A stretch of 64,000 nucleotides of DNA from a virus. How positions within the stretch are numbered: position 1 is the stretch's first letter; each line of letters starts with the position of its first letter. Positions 9,979-20,168 of this stretch are shown here, one piece after another. The stretch lies in the IMG/VR virus record IMGVR_UViG_3300009709_000022, positions 32,525-96,524 of that record; one strand, written 5' to 3'. The notes under the pieces are model-generated. The model saw nothing but the letters and a program-made list of their open reading frames with translations, did no database searches and was not told where the DNA came from. The position numbers were made by a program, and so were the translations under genes.

Positions 9979-10173
9979 TCAGGCATTCAGTTCTCCAGTG
10001 CGATTCAGTTCCGGTGGTGGTGGAGCGCAGCGTCCGCGTCCTCCGCAGGTGCGGCAGGTGCGAGCTGATGACTCCTGCCGTCCAGGGATGTATGGTGAGA
10101 CCTCAAAGCCAACACCGCTACAGCGGGGGCATTTGATTCCCGACATAGACTGCTGTGGCTTGCGGCGCTTCAT
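9979..10173 (-). CDS. Small CxxCxGxG zinc-finger protein
   Basis: CPRCSGVG...CRTCGGRG. Confidence 0.55.
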   Translation of the reverse strand: MKRRKPQQSMSGIKCPRCSGVGFEVSPYIPGRQESSARTCRTCGGRGRCAPPPPELNRTGELNA

Positions 10174-10376
10174 TGGTGCAAGGTCTCCATGTGCCGCTGC
10201 AGCACCTTAACAGCGCACTCTTGGCTGCACAGGTGTTTGTCATCGCTCTCGTCATGTTCCGGCCACGGGCCAAAGCACAGCGTCTTGCGATCTTTGTTTT
10301 CGCGAAACGTGAGACGGTTGTCCTTGTCGCTGATGACCGCGTTGCAGGCGTCGCAGTGATAGACGGTGGACTTCAT
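10170..10376 (-). CDS. Small Cys-containing hypothetical protein
   Basis: CDAC...HLCSQEC; GGAGG RBS. Confidence 0.65.
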   Translation of the reverse strand: MKSTVYHCDACNAVISDKDNRLTFRENKDRKTLCFGPWPEHDESDDKHLCSQECAVKVLQRHMETLHQ

Positions 10377-10666
10377 GACGCTGCCTCCGGATTTTCGTGC
10401 GGTACCTGCATCAGCGGCTCAACAAATTCAAGCTGCTGGAGGACACCTTCCAAGGTCTTGCGGACGGTCTGGATCTCGCGCGGGCGGGCAGCATATGCAT
10501 TGATTCGTTCCCATCCCTTGCGGATGTCGAACGTGGTGCCGATGCGAATGGCATCGTTGTTGTAATAGCCGCCTTCGGTGAGTTGTTTGCCCGCAATCCT
10601 GTTGAGTTCGTCCGCGCTGGCCTCAACCAGATAGTGGCTACCACTTGTGGATGCAATGACCTTCAT
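10373..10666 (-). CDS. Hypothetical protein
   Basis: ORF track; AGGAG RBS. Confidence 0.65.
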   Translation of the reverse strand: MKVIASTSGSHYLVEASADELNRIAGKQLTEGGYYNNDAIRIGTTFDIRKGWERINAYAARPREIQTVRKTLEGVLQQLEFVEPLMQVPHENPEAAS

Positions 10667-11091
10667 GTCGTCTTTCTCCTTGGTAGATCGGGATACGCTC
10701 GTTCAATCACCCGGTAGAGCGCTTCGTCTTGCAACACGCCGCCAGGCAGATGCTTGAATGCTTCGGATTCGCGTAGATGGTGCGGCAATTCCTCAGCGGT
10801 GATGGTGAAGGATACGGGTGGCCGGTCGGTACGCTCTACGGTGGCTGTGACGCTGTAGAAGTCGCCATCAACACGCAAAGCGCGGAAGGTAGAGCGGCGC
10901 AACAGCATGCGCCGCAACCCTTCCAACGTAACCGGACGGGCCTTAGCCATTTTTCTTATTCCAAAACAGCCGCCACCCAAGCACTTCGCAAAGTGGCTTA
11001 TCGTGGCCTTCGCGCTCAGAGAAGTACGCACGCGCATTTGGAGACTTGAGACGGATAAACCATCGCCATAGACGAACAAAGAGAACGCCAT
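10663..11091 (-). CDS. Hypothetical protein (start uncertain)
   Basis: ORF track. Confidence 0.5.
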   Translation of the reverse strand: MAFSLFVYGDGLSVSSLQMRVRTSLSAKATISHFAKCLGGGCFGIRKMAKARPVTLEGLRRMLLRRSTFRALRVDGDFYSVTATVERTDRPPVSFTITAEELPHHLRESEAFKHLPGGVLQDEALYRVIERAYPDLPRRKTT

Positions 11092-11106
11092 CCACTATTT
11101 CCGCAG

Positions 11107-12933
11107 TCATGCAGATATCTCCGCAGGGCGCACACTCAGCGCCACTGCAACAGGGCTAACCCAGATGGGCATAGCAGACAGGGAGAAGGTCTCCCCGGAC
11201 CACGCCAGCAACAGCGTGTGGGCCATTACGTCGCCGATGGCGGTAGCAGCACGCGGTGGCACGGCGTTGCCGATGCGCTCACGCTTTGCCCCGTCTCCAT
11301 CGCCGTCCAAGTCGAAGATGTCGTCAGGATCAATCAGAGATTGCAGCGCGGCCAGCTCCAGCGTTGTGAAAGGCCGGTGCCACGTACCGTCCATGGAGCG
11401 GATGATGGCGACCAGCTTGTCATTCGCAGCCGGTAGCGCGTCTATGCGTGGATCGGCGACGTTCCAGCGGCCATTGTCGGTGCTGGCCGCAGCCGATACC
11501 GCCCCGCATGTCTCATTGAATCCCACCACGCCATAGTGCCCATTGGTGAGGTACGCATCGCCGCGTTTCTTCTGCCCGCCTGGGCGAGGGTCGGCAACGG
11601 AGAGCCACCCGCCCTGCACGCCCTTGCCGCCAGCGATGACGGTGCCGCAGGGCTTGTCATAGTCGCACACTGCGAGGTTTCCGTATCGGTTTTCCCACGC
11701 TGGACGGGGATCGGCAATTCCGAGGCCACCGGCAGATGGACCGGTGCCGCCACTGATGGCTTGGCTTGCTTCGTCCCAGCGCTGAATGCGGTAGACGTTG
11801 TTGTAGCGCCCTTCGGCTAGGAGGCGTGGGTCTGCAATCGAAATCGGGCCTTGCCCCGGCGCTCCTTGCCCGGTGACAACACCAGACGTATCACTCCACG
11901 ACTGCACGCCGTACTGCGAGTAGTGGTTCTGCCCACCTTCAAACCGAGGATCGGCAACCGCGAAAGCGCCGCGCGTCGGTGCTGCCATGCCGGTGATGGT
12001 GCCGCTGGTATCTTCCCACCGCTGCACACCCAACGTGTCGCCGTACCAGTTACCCGGTACCAGTACGAAGTCTTGCAGGTGGCCGTCTGCCACGCGCAGT
12101 TTGTTGAGGGAGCGCCAGTCGCTGCCAGCTTCCACGAATGCCAGCCGCACCCATGTCTTCCATTGCAAGTTGGGCAACAGGTGCATCGGGCCACCGCGCG
12201 GATCTCCTGGCATTGGAAAGCGGCTCAGGACGTCGCCCACGGCCCGCAGCGTGCGCTTGGGTGGCTCATACAGGAACGGCGGAACCTTTTCCGTGTGCCG
12301 TGCCACCATAAGAAAACGCTTGCGTGATTGCGCCAGTTCGCCAAGCTCCCCGCAGTCGTGGAATGTCTCGGCCACGGCGTAGCCATACGCGCGAAGCATT
12401 GATCCAATCTGATCGAGCAGGTTGCGGCCACGGGTGGCGATGCGCGGGACGTTCTCAAAGATGATGAGTTCGGGCAAGCTGTCGCGGAACGCCTCCAGCA
12501 TGAGCCACACACCGCGCAGGGTGAGGCGGTTCAGTGCCTGATACTTGCCGGTCTTGCTGCGCGTCTCAGAGAGCAGCCCGCTAAATCCTTTGCACGGTGC
12601 CGACAGGAAAACGATGTTCGGAAACTCGCCGCCCGCAGCTCGCCGAATGTCGTCGGGTGTGGCCTCTACCCAATCGCTCGGCGGCTCGCATTCGTGGAAT
12701 TCCTTGTATTGTTCGCGGTCGAACATGTCCAGGACGGTGCCGCGTGAATCTGAGAGCTTGTCGAAGTCACGGATGGCGGCTGGCGACACGTCGACGCCAC
12801 CGATGCAGCGCATACGTGCGCGTAACCCGTTCACTGTTGCCGTGCTGCGGTTGAAGCCCTTGGCACCACCACCAAGGCCGCAAAAGAGATGGAAGTGGCG
12901 GACATCTACGTCCTGAATGTGACCGATTTGCAT
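11107..12933 (-). CDS. DNA (cytosine-5)-methyltransferase with repeated variable region
   Basis: Motif I LFCGLGG, IV SAPCKGFS, VI FENV, VIII QSRKR, X IGNAVPP; five ADPR-ending repeats. Confidence 0.93.
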   Translation of the reverse strand: MQIGHIQDVDVRHFHLFCGLGGGAKGFNRSTATVNGLRARMRCIGGVDVSPAAIRDFDKLSDSRGTVLDMFDREQYKEFHECEPPSDWVEATPDDIRRAAGGEFPNIVFLSAPCKGFSGLLSETRSKTGKYQALNRLTLRGVWLMLEAFRDSLPELIIFENVPRIATRGRNLLDQIGSMLRAYGYAVAETFHDCGELGELAQSRKRFLMVARHTEKVPPFLYEPPKRTLRAVGDVLSRFPMPGDPRGGPMHLLPNLQWKTWVRLAFVEAGSDWRSLNKLRVADGHLQDFVLVPGNWYGDTLGVQRWEDTSGTITGMAAPTRGAFAVADPRFEGGQNHYSQYGVQSWSDTSGVVTGQGAPGQGPISIADPRLLAEGRYNNVYRIQRWDEASQAISGGTGPSAGGLGIADPRPAWENRYGNLAVCDYDKPCGTVIAGGKGVQGGWLSVADPRPGGQKKRGDAYLTNGHYGVVGFNETCGAVSAAASTDNGRWNVADPRIDALPAANDKLVAIIRSMDGTWHRPFTTLELAALQSLIDPDDIFDLDGDGDGAKRERIGNAVPPRAATAIGDVMAHTLLLAWSGETFSLSAMPIWVSPVAVALSVRPAEISA

Positions 12934-12957
12934 GAAAGTATCGTCCTCGCGCGGGGT

Positions 12958-12984
12958 AAAAAGGGTGGGGGCGCGAACGCCCCC
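12958..12984 (-). terminator. Possible intrinsic terminator
   Basis: Minus strand GGGGGCG-TTCG-CGCCCCC then ACCCTTTTT, just after stop of 12994..13701. Confidence 0.5.
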
Positions 12985-12993
12985 GGTAATGGT

Positions 12994-13701
12994 TTAGCTG
13001 TCGAAGTCCATGACCAAGCGAACGTTATCGTGGCCGTGCAGGGTGCCCAGCTTCAACATCGTAGGAAGGATGCGAGTCCACAACTGCGTGGCAGCTTTGG
13101 GATATCCAGTTTCCCATTCAACATGGGAATACGTGCGTGCGTAGCGGGTATTGAATACTTCCACTGCCTCGCGGTATTCAAGCCCACGTTTATCCTTCAC
13201 AGCTTCATCGAAATTGCGTTGCATTTCGACCTGTGACACATGATCAATGCCCGTACCGCTGATCCCTCCGCAGTAATTGCGCGGCTCTGCTTTTCTTCCC
13301 TGCCATGAAGCAAACTCTTCGCCGTTGATCCAGCCGCGAGACTTTGTGGTGCGTGTCCAGTCATACGCGAGGATTTCAGAGAGCGTTACCCATGTCGCGC
13401 TGTGTTCATCACTTAGCGCGGATCGTGCTTCATCGCTGATGTCTTCAGGGACGCCGCGACCGTCAGACATCGGAATGAACCCGTCTCCCATGTCGCAGCC
13501 CGCAAATCCGCGTCCGTTGCGTACGTTGCCAAGGATGGCGAACAGGTCATAATCGCGGTCAATATCGAGTGCGGAACGGGTTTCCGGTTCGTCTTCGTAC
13601 TTACCAAAATAGGGGTTCGGTACCGTTACGGCGATCCATGCAGAAACGCCTTCAGGGGTGTTGGTGCGGTATTCAATAGCGGGGTGGATGTCGCAGCCCA
13701 T
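12994..13701 (-). CDS. Conserved phage protein (MGCDIH family)
   Basis: MGCDIH...RDYDLFAILGNVRN...RGVPED...HSATWVTLSEI...RLVMDFDS. Confidence 0.8.
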   Translation of the reverse strand: MGCDIHPAIEYRTNTPEGVSAWIAVTVPNPYFGKYEDEPETRSALDIDRDYDLFAILGNVRNGRGFAGCDMGDGFIPMSDGRGVPEDISDEARSALSDEHSATWVTLSEILAYDWTRTTKSRGWINGEEFASWQGRKAEPRNYCGGISGTGIDHVSQVEMQRNFDEAVKDKRGLEYREAVEVFNTRYARTYSHVEWETGYPKAATQLWTRILPTMLKLGTLHGHDNVRLVMDFDS

Positions 13702-14095
13702 TTTGTTTGTCCTCGTCTTTCGGTGTGGTTAGAACAGCGTTTGATGTGGGTTGGCGGTGGTGTCACGGAACAGCGGCGAACGGCTTTCAATCTCGCCAGC
13801 CAGAGACTCAATGCTGCCAGCCGGCGAGAGCAAGCGTGCGGTAAGTTGCCGGCCCTCCTCCTCGGCGCGTGCCTGGGCGCGTTCCGCGTCGCAGTTGTCC
13901 ATGCCGGGAAGCGTGTGGGTGTCTTCGGGCCGCATAGCTACCTCCACGAGGCGGCGCAGCTTGGGCACCAGTGGAACCCGATGTTCCATTCGTGCGGTTC
14001 ATTGTCGAGCGTCCACCGGCGGCAGAAGCACGTCATGCAAGAGACGCCATCCCACCCGCGTTCCTTCCACATTTGTTGTGTCTTCTCCAGGTCGG

Positions 14096-14650
14096 TCATG
14101 CGCTCACCTTAAAGGTGCCGTTCACGATTGCCACCACGTCATCGCGGTAAAACTCTTCGTCGCAGGAATTGCAACGGATGCCGTCACCGTCGCCGTTGTA
14201 GTTCAGGTCTGAGTTATCCGCTAGTAGAACCTCAACACCCTGGGGTTTCGTCTCATATCCCACTACGGCACGGTTCTCGGTCATGTCAGAGTAGGAGTGC
14301 AATTCGCCATCGTCACACAGTGGGCACTTAATCGCGGGCGGATCAATGACGCGCAGCCCTGGCAATTCGCTGCTGAACTGCTGCAAGCCTTCGCTTGCGG
14401 TTTCTTCGGCGTAGTGGTCAGCGGCTCCGCGCAGCGCATCGGCGAAATGAATCTCTTCGCGGTCGCAGTAGTGGGCCAGGTCGCAGAGCAGGTCTTGCAG
14501 ATTCTGCGCGCGCAGGTCGAAGCCCTCGCCGCGTAGCTTACCGCTCACGAGTTCGCCCATGGGTGAGGCCGCGAATTTGTTGAGCGCAGCGGCTGCAGCG
14601 GTGGCCCGCTTGCCGTTCATCTTGTCGGGGTTCGGTGTCTTGTATGCCAT
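14096..14650 (-). CDS. Hypothetical protein
   Basis: DLLCDLAHYCD motif, C-terminal CxxC pairs; GAGGAACCCGTCACC before ATG 14650. Confidence 0.7.
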   Translation of the reverse strand: MAYKTPNPDKMNGKRATAAAAALNKFAASPMGELVSGKLRGEGFDLRAQNLQDLLCDLAHYCDREEIHFADALRGAADHYAEETASEGLQQFSSELPGLRVIDPPAIKCPLCDDGELHSYSDMTENRAVVGYETKPQGVEVLLADNSDLNYNGDGDGIRCNSCDEEFYRDDVVAIVNGTFKVSA

Positions 14651-14710
14651 GGTGACGGGTTCCTCTTGGTGCGATAGCCGGGATACGCTCCCGGCGGGCG
14701 GCAATGTGGA

Positions 14711-14977
14711 TTACAGGGGCAGGTCGTCGACAGAGTTGGGAAGGGGAAGCGGATCGGGAAGGACTTCGTCTTCCAACGGCTCCGGCTCCGCGCTCTTCCG
14801 CTTGGTCAGTTCATAGTGGCGAATGACATACGCCGCTGCTGCCCGGGCCTCGTCGGGGGTTAGATAGATCCGGCCAGAGGTGTTTACTTTGACATGGAAT
14901 TCTTCCGCGAATTCCCTCTCTGTGTCGCTGATCGGATCTCCTTCGATCAACTTGCCGTCTTTGTCGATGATGTACAT
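14711..14977 (-). CDS. Hypothetical protein
   Basis: ORF track; GAGGAC RBS. Confidence 0.6.
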   Translation of the reverse strand: MYIIDKDGKLIEGDPISDTEREFAEEFHVKVNTSGRIYLTPDEARAAAAYVIRHYELTKRKSAEPEPLEDEVLPDPLPLPNSVDDLPL

Positions 14978-15093
14978 ACGGTGTCCTCGCTGTTGGTGTG
15001 GTGGTACGGGTGAAGTGTTGGGCGGTGGCTCTTGTCCGGGGAGTGCGGGGAGCCACCGCGCGGCGCGGGCTGTTGTTGTCTTATGTGCCCGCG

Positions 15094-16941
15094 CTATGCC
15101 TCAATCGTGAGTAGAACGGTGTTGACGTTCGTGCCTGATTCCTTGAAGGTGCCAGCGGGTAGCGGTTCCCATATACCGCCCGACGCCTCCACCAGCGGCA
15201 ACAGTTCGCGCTCTTGACGCGGACCACCGGCGCATATGGCCACCAGTCGACCGCCGGGCTTGAGGAAGTGAATCGCGTGCTTGATGTGGGCAATGTCCTG
15301 CGCGTTGGAAAATGGCGGGTTCATGAGTACGCGGTCAAACTTGCCCAGGTTGCCATTCTGTTGCAGGAAGTCACCGCATACGATTTCGTCGGCGTGTGAC
15401 TCCAGTTTGTAAACGAGGCTTGAGCTGATCTCTACCGCGACCACCTGCCCATTGGGGCGCACAGGTGGCAATGCGGCGAGGATGTTGCCGGTTCCTGCAC
15501 TCGGCTCCAGCACGCGATGGCCGGGCCGAATATCGGCTTCGTCCACCATACGGGCGGCGAGTTCGGGCGGCGTGGGGAAGAGCTGCGGCGCGACGACCAC
15601 CTGCACGCCAGCCTTTGCGCTCTTCTCCATGTTGTGCAGGTCAGAGTACGACGGAATGCGAGGATCGCACGGCACGGCGGCGCGTGCTTCGGCGTATACG
15701 TTGCGGGTCTGCACAAGCTCGCTCACGCTCTGGGCCTTCACCTCTTCCGTGTCGTGGCGAGGCTGGAAGCGTGGAACCGGAACCGCTGACGGAGGCGGGG
15801 CGTCCGTTGTCAGCTTCGGCACAAACTTCTCTTTTTCGTCGCTGATAAAGACGCGGCGGAGTTCGCTACGTCCATCCTTGAAAATCATCGCTACGCGGTA
15901 GCGGTATGCGCCATAGTCACCGCTGGCTTTCTCTTCGCGCGTGCCTTTGTAATCGGTGTGGATTTTCTTCCACTCTGCGGATGTCATCGCATGGCATCCC
16001 GCGCAGTTGACGTTAGTAAGCGGTGGCAGTGCGCGTTTTTTCTTCTCGGGAGCCTTGAAGTCGCCCAGCATGGCACGCTCATAGCTCAGGCGATTCTCGT
16101 AATGCTCAATCCAGCGCGTTTGGTGAGCAATGCTGAGCGGGTATGCTTCGCGTGCGGCCTCAAAAATCTCATCCAGCGTACGGGGAACAAAGAACCGCGA
16201 AGGCTCCTCGCGTAGCACATCGTATGGCGTGCAACGAGACGTCCATGTCGGGTCGTCGCCTTCCTTGCGTCGCAGGGTCAGACCGCAGCGGCCACCGGCG
16301 ATGATACGCGCCATCTTTAGCTGCTTCTCGCTGTCTTCGATCTGGCTGCACTTCTCCCAAGCGGCGAGATAATCCTCTGCCTCCTTAACGTTGCGCTGGT
16401 GCTTCCGCATGTCCGCCTCTAGCCCTTTGATACGGCGCATGCGAACGCCTGGCAGTTCCTTGTACTTCGCGTGCGCCAATGCGCCGGTGGCGCGTTCCGT
16501 CCAATAGCTTGCCGTCTTCCACATCTGGACGGTCTTCCGGATGCCGTTCTGGATGCGCTGCGCGTCCTTGCGTGCGTGGCGCTCGGAGTGATGGCCTACA
16601 AGAATCGGCTGACCGAACGGGATGTGTTCGGTAATGGCTTCAACGGCTGCGCTCGCACGCACTGCATCATCTGCGCGTTTGCTGCTGTACTCACTGAAAC
16701 GTTCGGCGCGTTGCTCCGCACGCTCCACTAGCGACGTGTCTTCGTCGCCAATCTCGCCGCACATCTCAATCAGCAAATCTTCGCGGCTGGGTGTCCACAT
16801 CGGAGCCACGAAAAGCTCTTGTTTTGGTGCCCACTTGAAGCCGTTGGCCTTCATGCGGTTGTAGTCCTCGGTAGAAAGGCGGCACGCGGGATAGAGACGC
16901 AGCTTGTTGTCTTCGGGCGAGTAGGTGGCTGTATGCTGCAT
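15094..16941 (-). CDS. DUF3560-domain protein fused to N6-adenine-type methyltransferase
   Basis: ATYSPEDNKLRLY, IPFGQPILVGHHSERHAR (DUF3560); LFPTP, VLEPSAGTG, VLMNPPF (SAM MTase). Confidence 0.88.
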   Translation of the reverse strand: MQHTATYSPEDNKLRLYPACRLSTEDYNRMKANGFKWAPKQELFVAPMWTPSREDLLIEMCGEIGDEDTSLVERAEQRAERFSEYSSKRADDAVRASAAVEAITEHIPFGQPILVGHHSERHARKDAQRIQNGIRKTVQMWKTASYWTERATGALAHAKYKELPGVRMRRIKGLEADMRKHQRNVKEAEDYLAAWEKCSQIEDSEKQLKMARIIAGGRCGLTLRRKEGDDPTWTSRCTPYDVLREEPSRFFVPRTLDEIFEAAREAYPLSIAHQTRWIEHYENRLSYERAMLGDFKAPEKKKRALPPLTNVNCAGCHAMTSAEWKKIHTDYKGTREEKASGDYGAYRYRVAMIFKDGRSELRRVFISDEKEKFVPKLTTDAPPPSAVPVPRFQPRHDTEEVKAQSVSELVQTRNVYAEARAAVPCDPRIPSYSDLHNMEKSAKAGVQVVVAPQLFPTPPELAARMVDEADIRPGHRVLEPSAGTGNILAALPPVRPNGQVVAVEISSSLVYKLESHADEIVCGDFLQQNGNLGKFDRVLMNPPFSNAQDIAHIKHAIHFLKPGGRLVAICAGGPRQERELLPLVEASGGIWEPLPAGTFKESGTNVNTVLLTIEA

Positions 16942-16944
16942 GGC

Positions 16945-17003
16945 GACGGGTTCTCCTTAGTAATGCTTGCACTACTATGATGCATTGCGGCGCGGTGTGT
17001 CAA
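16945..17003 (-). promoter_or_regulatory. Leftward promoter/RBS cassette
   Basis: TTGACA...GCGCCGCAATGCATCATAGT...AAGGAGAACCCGTC; near copy at 20169-20224. Confidence 0.55.
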
Positions 17004-17356
17004 CTAGAAACTTGAGTCTCGGCGTAGATTTTTTGGGCAAGCTCCGTACCCTCGAACCATGGGCGCAGCGGCAGGGAGATTGCGTCGGGTTGTGCGGGGT
17101 ATCCGTGTTGCCTACGCCATTCGTTACTGGCGGCTTGCTCCTGCTTCAAATGGTGTTGCAGTGTGGCGATGTGGTTCGGGCGCTCGGCTCCGCTGAATAC
17201 GATCCCGTTGTTGTCCACGCTCATCAATTGGCCGTTGACTTCGTAGAGGCTGATGCCGCCCGTGTTGGTGTGGACAAAAACCACGGATTGGGTGGCGTGG
17301 ATACGGTCAGACTTGCGGCGGGCGAAGCGGCTAACGAGTTCGGCAATCTTTCCCAT
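17000..17356 (-). CDS. Hypothetical protein
   Basis: ORF track; AAAGGAC RBS. Confidence 0.65.
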   Translation of the reverse strand: MGKIAELVSRFARRKSDRIHATQSVVFVHTNTGGISLYEVNGQLMSVDNNGIVFSGAERPNHIATLQHHLKQEQAASNEWRRQHGYPAQPDAISLPLRPWFEGTELAQKIYAETQVSS

Positions 17357-17722
17357 GGTGTCCTTTCGTGGTTAGAGGCAGGTCAGGCCCACAATCAACA
17401 GGGCGGCGGCAGTGGCGGCGATAAAGCGGATCTCTAAGCGGTGCATGGCGCTCCCTGTACGGCTGGCGGGGTGTTGGGTTGGGGGTGTACCGCTGCGGCT
17501 TTTTTCTGAACTGCTGCAGCGGCCTGGATGAGATAGCCAAAGTTGGCGGCGAAGTGCATTTGACGGGTTCCTTAACGCTTGATGGTTGCGGGTTTGGGCG
17601 GTTTTCCCCCGCCCTTGCATCCCGGATCGTGTTTGTACAAGCTGGGGCCGTGTGTAGCGACAACCCCCGCAGAAGTGAGCGCGTAGCGTTCTCCGCACTG
17701 GCAGCACTTACCGGTCATGAGC

Positions 17723-18571
17723 TTATCCTTCGAATGCGGCGATGCGTTCCAGCATTGAGGCGATGCGTGCCTCGGTGTGCGGCACGCCACCGGGAAAGTC
17801 TTTCGCGGGTACGGCGTCGAGTGCATCATCGCTGGCGTACTGCAACACAAGCAAGGCGCGGCGCAGGATCACGGCTTCGCTCATGCTGAACACGGCATAG
17901 GGAATGCCCTTGTCGAAGGTCTTCGCGTCCCATTTGCGGATGCTCTTTCCGGTGTCGCTGTACTGAATCCAGATGTTGCCGGGAGCTCCGGGGGGATGGG
18001 CTCCGGTCGTCTCTGCCTGAACCTCGGCAGTTTCGCGAATGTCTTCGAGCAAGCGCACGGGGCAATGGACGCTGTGGAGGTATCCGGCAGGCGCGGCACA
18101 GGTGCATTTTGTCTCTGCTCTGGTTTCTCTATGCATCGGACATTGCGGATGCATCGGGCCATCAAAAGGCTGGCACCAACACGCATCGGAGGGAGAGAAT
18201 GGAACGCCCGCAGCTTCCTGTTCTTCGGTTGGCTCTGGCTCCTGCTTCAGCCCGTAATGCTTGCGTGCCTCGGCCTTGATGCGCTCCACGGCTTCAGAGT
18301 CGAACGCCTTCGCGTGCTGCGCGTCGATGTTCTTCTGTGTGGCCCGTTCGCCAAATGCCTGGAACGTCGTTTCACTGTAATCGGCTTGCATCATGAACGT
18401 CTCTAAGCCATCGCCAACGAAAACGATACGGGCCATAGAGCGCAGGTGCTTCTCTGGGATGGTTGCTTGCATGGTGGTCAGCTTCAGAATGGCGCGTTTC
18501 TTGTCGCCCCGGATGTAGTCGGGTAGGTTTAATTCGGGCATTTCAATGCGGGTAACTGCTTCGGTTGCCAT
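17723..18571 (-). CDS. Hypothetical protein
   Basis: ORF track; GAGGAC RBS before ATG 18571. Confidence 0.7.
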   Translation of the reverse strand: MATEAVTRIEMPELNLPDYIRGDKKRAILKLTTMQATIPEKHLRSMARIVFVGDGLETFMMQADYSETTFQAFGERATQKNIDAQHAKAFDSEAVERIKAEARKHYGLKQEPEPTEEQEAAGVPFSPSDACWCQPFDGPMHPQCPMHRETRAETKCTCAAPAGYLHSVHCPVRLLEDIRETAEVQAETTGAHPPGAPGNIWIQYSDTGKSIRKWDAKTFDKGIPYAVFSMSEAVILRRALLVLQYASDDALDAVPAKDFPGGVPHTEARIASMLERIAAFEG

Positions 18572-18646
18572 GTGGTTTCGTCCTCGCTTGTCTATGTCTG
18601 GATTTTGCCGGGATTCGCCGCCCGGCGCGGTCAATCGGTTGGTGGT

Positions 18647-19840
18647 CTAGTCAACGTCCATCTCATGATCGTGCATGGAGGTGTCAAGGCCCGGCGTGTC
18701 GTCGCGGTCGGCGTTGTCCTTCGCCATGGCTTCCTTGGCGTGCTTCTGGCAGACCGGGCGACCGGCGCTGTCCTCGCAGACCTTCGGCAGCTCGCAGCGG
18801 TAGCACTCTTCCGCCTCGTACTCCTCGCCGTCTTCGTCCTCGTCGCCGTCCTCATTCGGGATCGTGCCGTCAGCGTTCCGCGTGACAAACTCGCTTCCGT
18901 CGGTGTCCCATTCCGGCGCGGCCATGACTCCGGCACGGAAACCGGCCTGCTCTTCCGCGCTGGCATGCGTGTAGATGGAGACAGGCCCCTGCGAGTCACC
19001 GGCGTCGCCCCATCGGATCAGGGTTTCGAAGACTGGCGCAGGATTAGCGGCTGATTCCTGGCCTTCAACGTACGGTTGAGGGCCGAACGTCCACGGGTGA
19101 GAATGCTCCTCAATCGCGTAGCTGTCGCCGGTGCCTTCAAGTTCTTCCGCCCAATACTGTTCCCACCATGCGGAAGCTCCCGCAATGTCGCCCGCATGAA
19201 TCAGGGCCATCAGTTCGGTGCGGTGCTTTCGGTCTTGCTCAATCCATTCGTTGTACTCGTCGTCTACCGGTTCGCCGGTGACCTTCAACGCTTCATCCCA
19301 ACGCGGAAAAGCGTTGTCGGCGAGACCTTCCCACGCCTGCCACTCCGTGAGGTAAAGGCGCGTCGTCAGCCCCTCGTCGTTGTTGCTGGTCATGCTCCAC
19401 ACCCTGAACGGCCCCGGCGTCTCGGCATGGATTTGCGCCGCATTCCCGGCCCGGAGCGGTTCCCCAAGGCATCCGGCAGCCTCACACACCATCCTCGCCA
19501 CCTCTCGCTCTTTCCGCTCTCCCAACCCATCCAGCCCAAGCCGACGCCGCCCGGCGTCGTCCAACCCATGCATAAACCGCAACGCACCACCGTCACCCGT
19601 TCGGGTGGCTGTCACAAACCACTGACGACGACCCGACACCTCGTTCGCCACGTACGCAAACGCCTCCCCCTTGCCATCCAGAAGCAGCACCCCGTTCGTG
19701 TACCGCTTCCAAAACCCATCGCACGTCACCGGCCCCGCAAACAAGCTCGCCACCATATCGCCTGTGTTCTCCGCGTACTTCCGACCCTGTATCTCAATCA
19801 CCATCGCCTCAACCCCTCTCATTTCGTCTTCCAGTTGCAC
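18647..19840 (-). CDS. Multi-segment hypothetical protein (start uncertain)
   Basis: ORF track; acidic C-terminus with CxxC motif. Confidence 0.65.
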   Translation of the reverse strand: MQLEDEMRGVEAMVIEIQGRKYAENTGDMVASLFAGPVTCDGFWKRYTNGVLLLDGKGEAFAYVANEVSGRRQWFVTATRTGDGGALRFMHGLDDAGRRRLGLDGLGERKEREVARMVCEAAGCLGEPLRAGNAAQIHAETPGPFRVWSMTSNNDEGLTTRLYLTEWQAWEGLADNAFPRWDEALKVTGEPVDDEYNEWIEQDRKHRTELMALIHAGDIAGASAWWEQYWAEELEGTGDSYAIEEHSHPWTFGPQPYVEGQESAANPAPVFETLIRWGDAGDSQGPVSIYTHASAEEQAGFRAGVMAAPEWDTDGSEFVTRNADGTIPNEDGDEDEDGEEYEAEECYRCELPKVCEDSAGRPVCQKHAKEAMAKDNADRDDTPGLDTSMHDHEMDVD

Positions 19841-20014
19841 TTCTCACGCAGCCAAAACACGCCACGCCATATTAGGAACGCACACAACCCGCTGAACCCA
19901 CGCCCATTACACGATTCGTCTCCGCAAGCACCGCACGCAGCCGACACGTCAAACACTCGCCCAACAACCACTCCACGCGACACACGACGCAGCACATTGG
20001 CCGCATCGTCGCGC

Positions 20015-20167
20015 TCACTTCTTCACCGCCAGCGTGTAGAGCAGACCGAGGCCAGCGATGCAGAGGCACGCGGTGTAGATGCCTGTTGGTGTTTGGCTGA
20101 TGACGCCCACGATTGCAGCAGTGCCCACGATGGGAAAGCTGATGAGGAAGACTGCGACTCGAAGCAT
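20015..20167 (-). CDS. Small two-TM membrane protein
   Basis: MLRVAVFLISFPIVG...LGLLYTLAVKK; AGGAG RBS. Confidence 0.55.
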   Translation of the reverse strand: MLRVAVFLISFPIVGTAAIVGVISQTPTGIYTACLCIAGLGLLYTLAVKK

Positions 20168-20168
20168 T

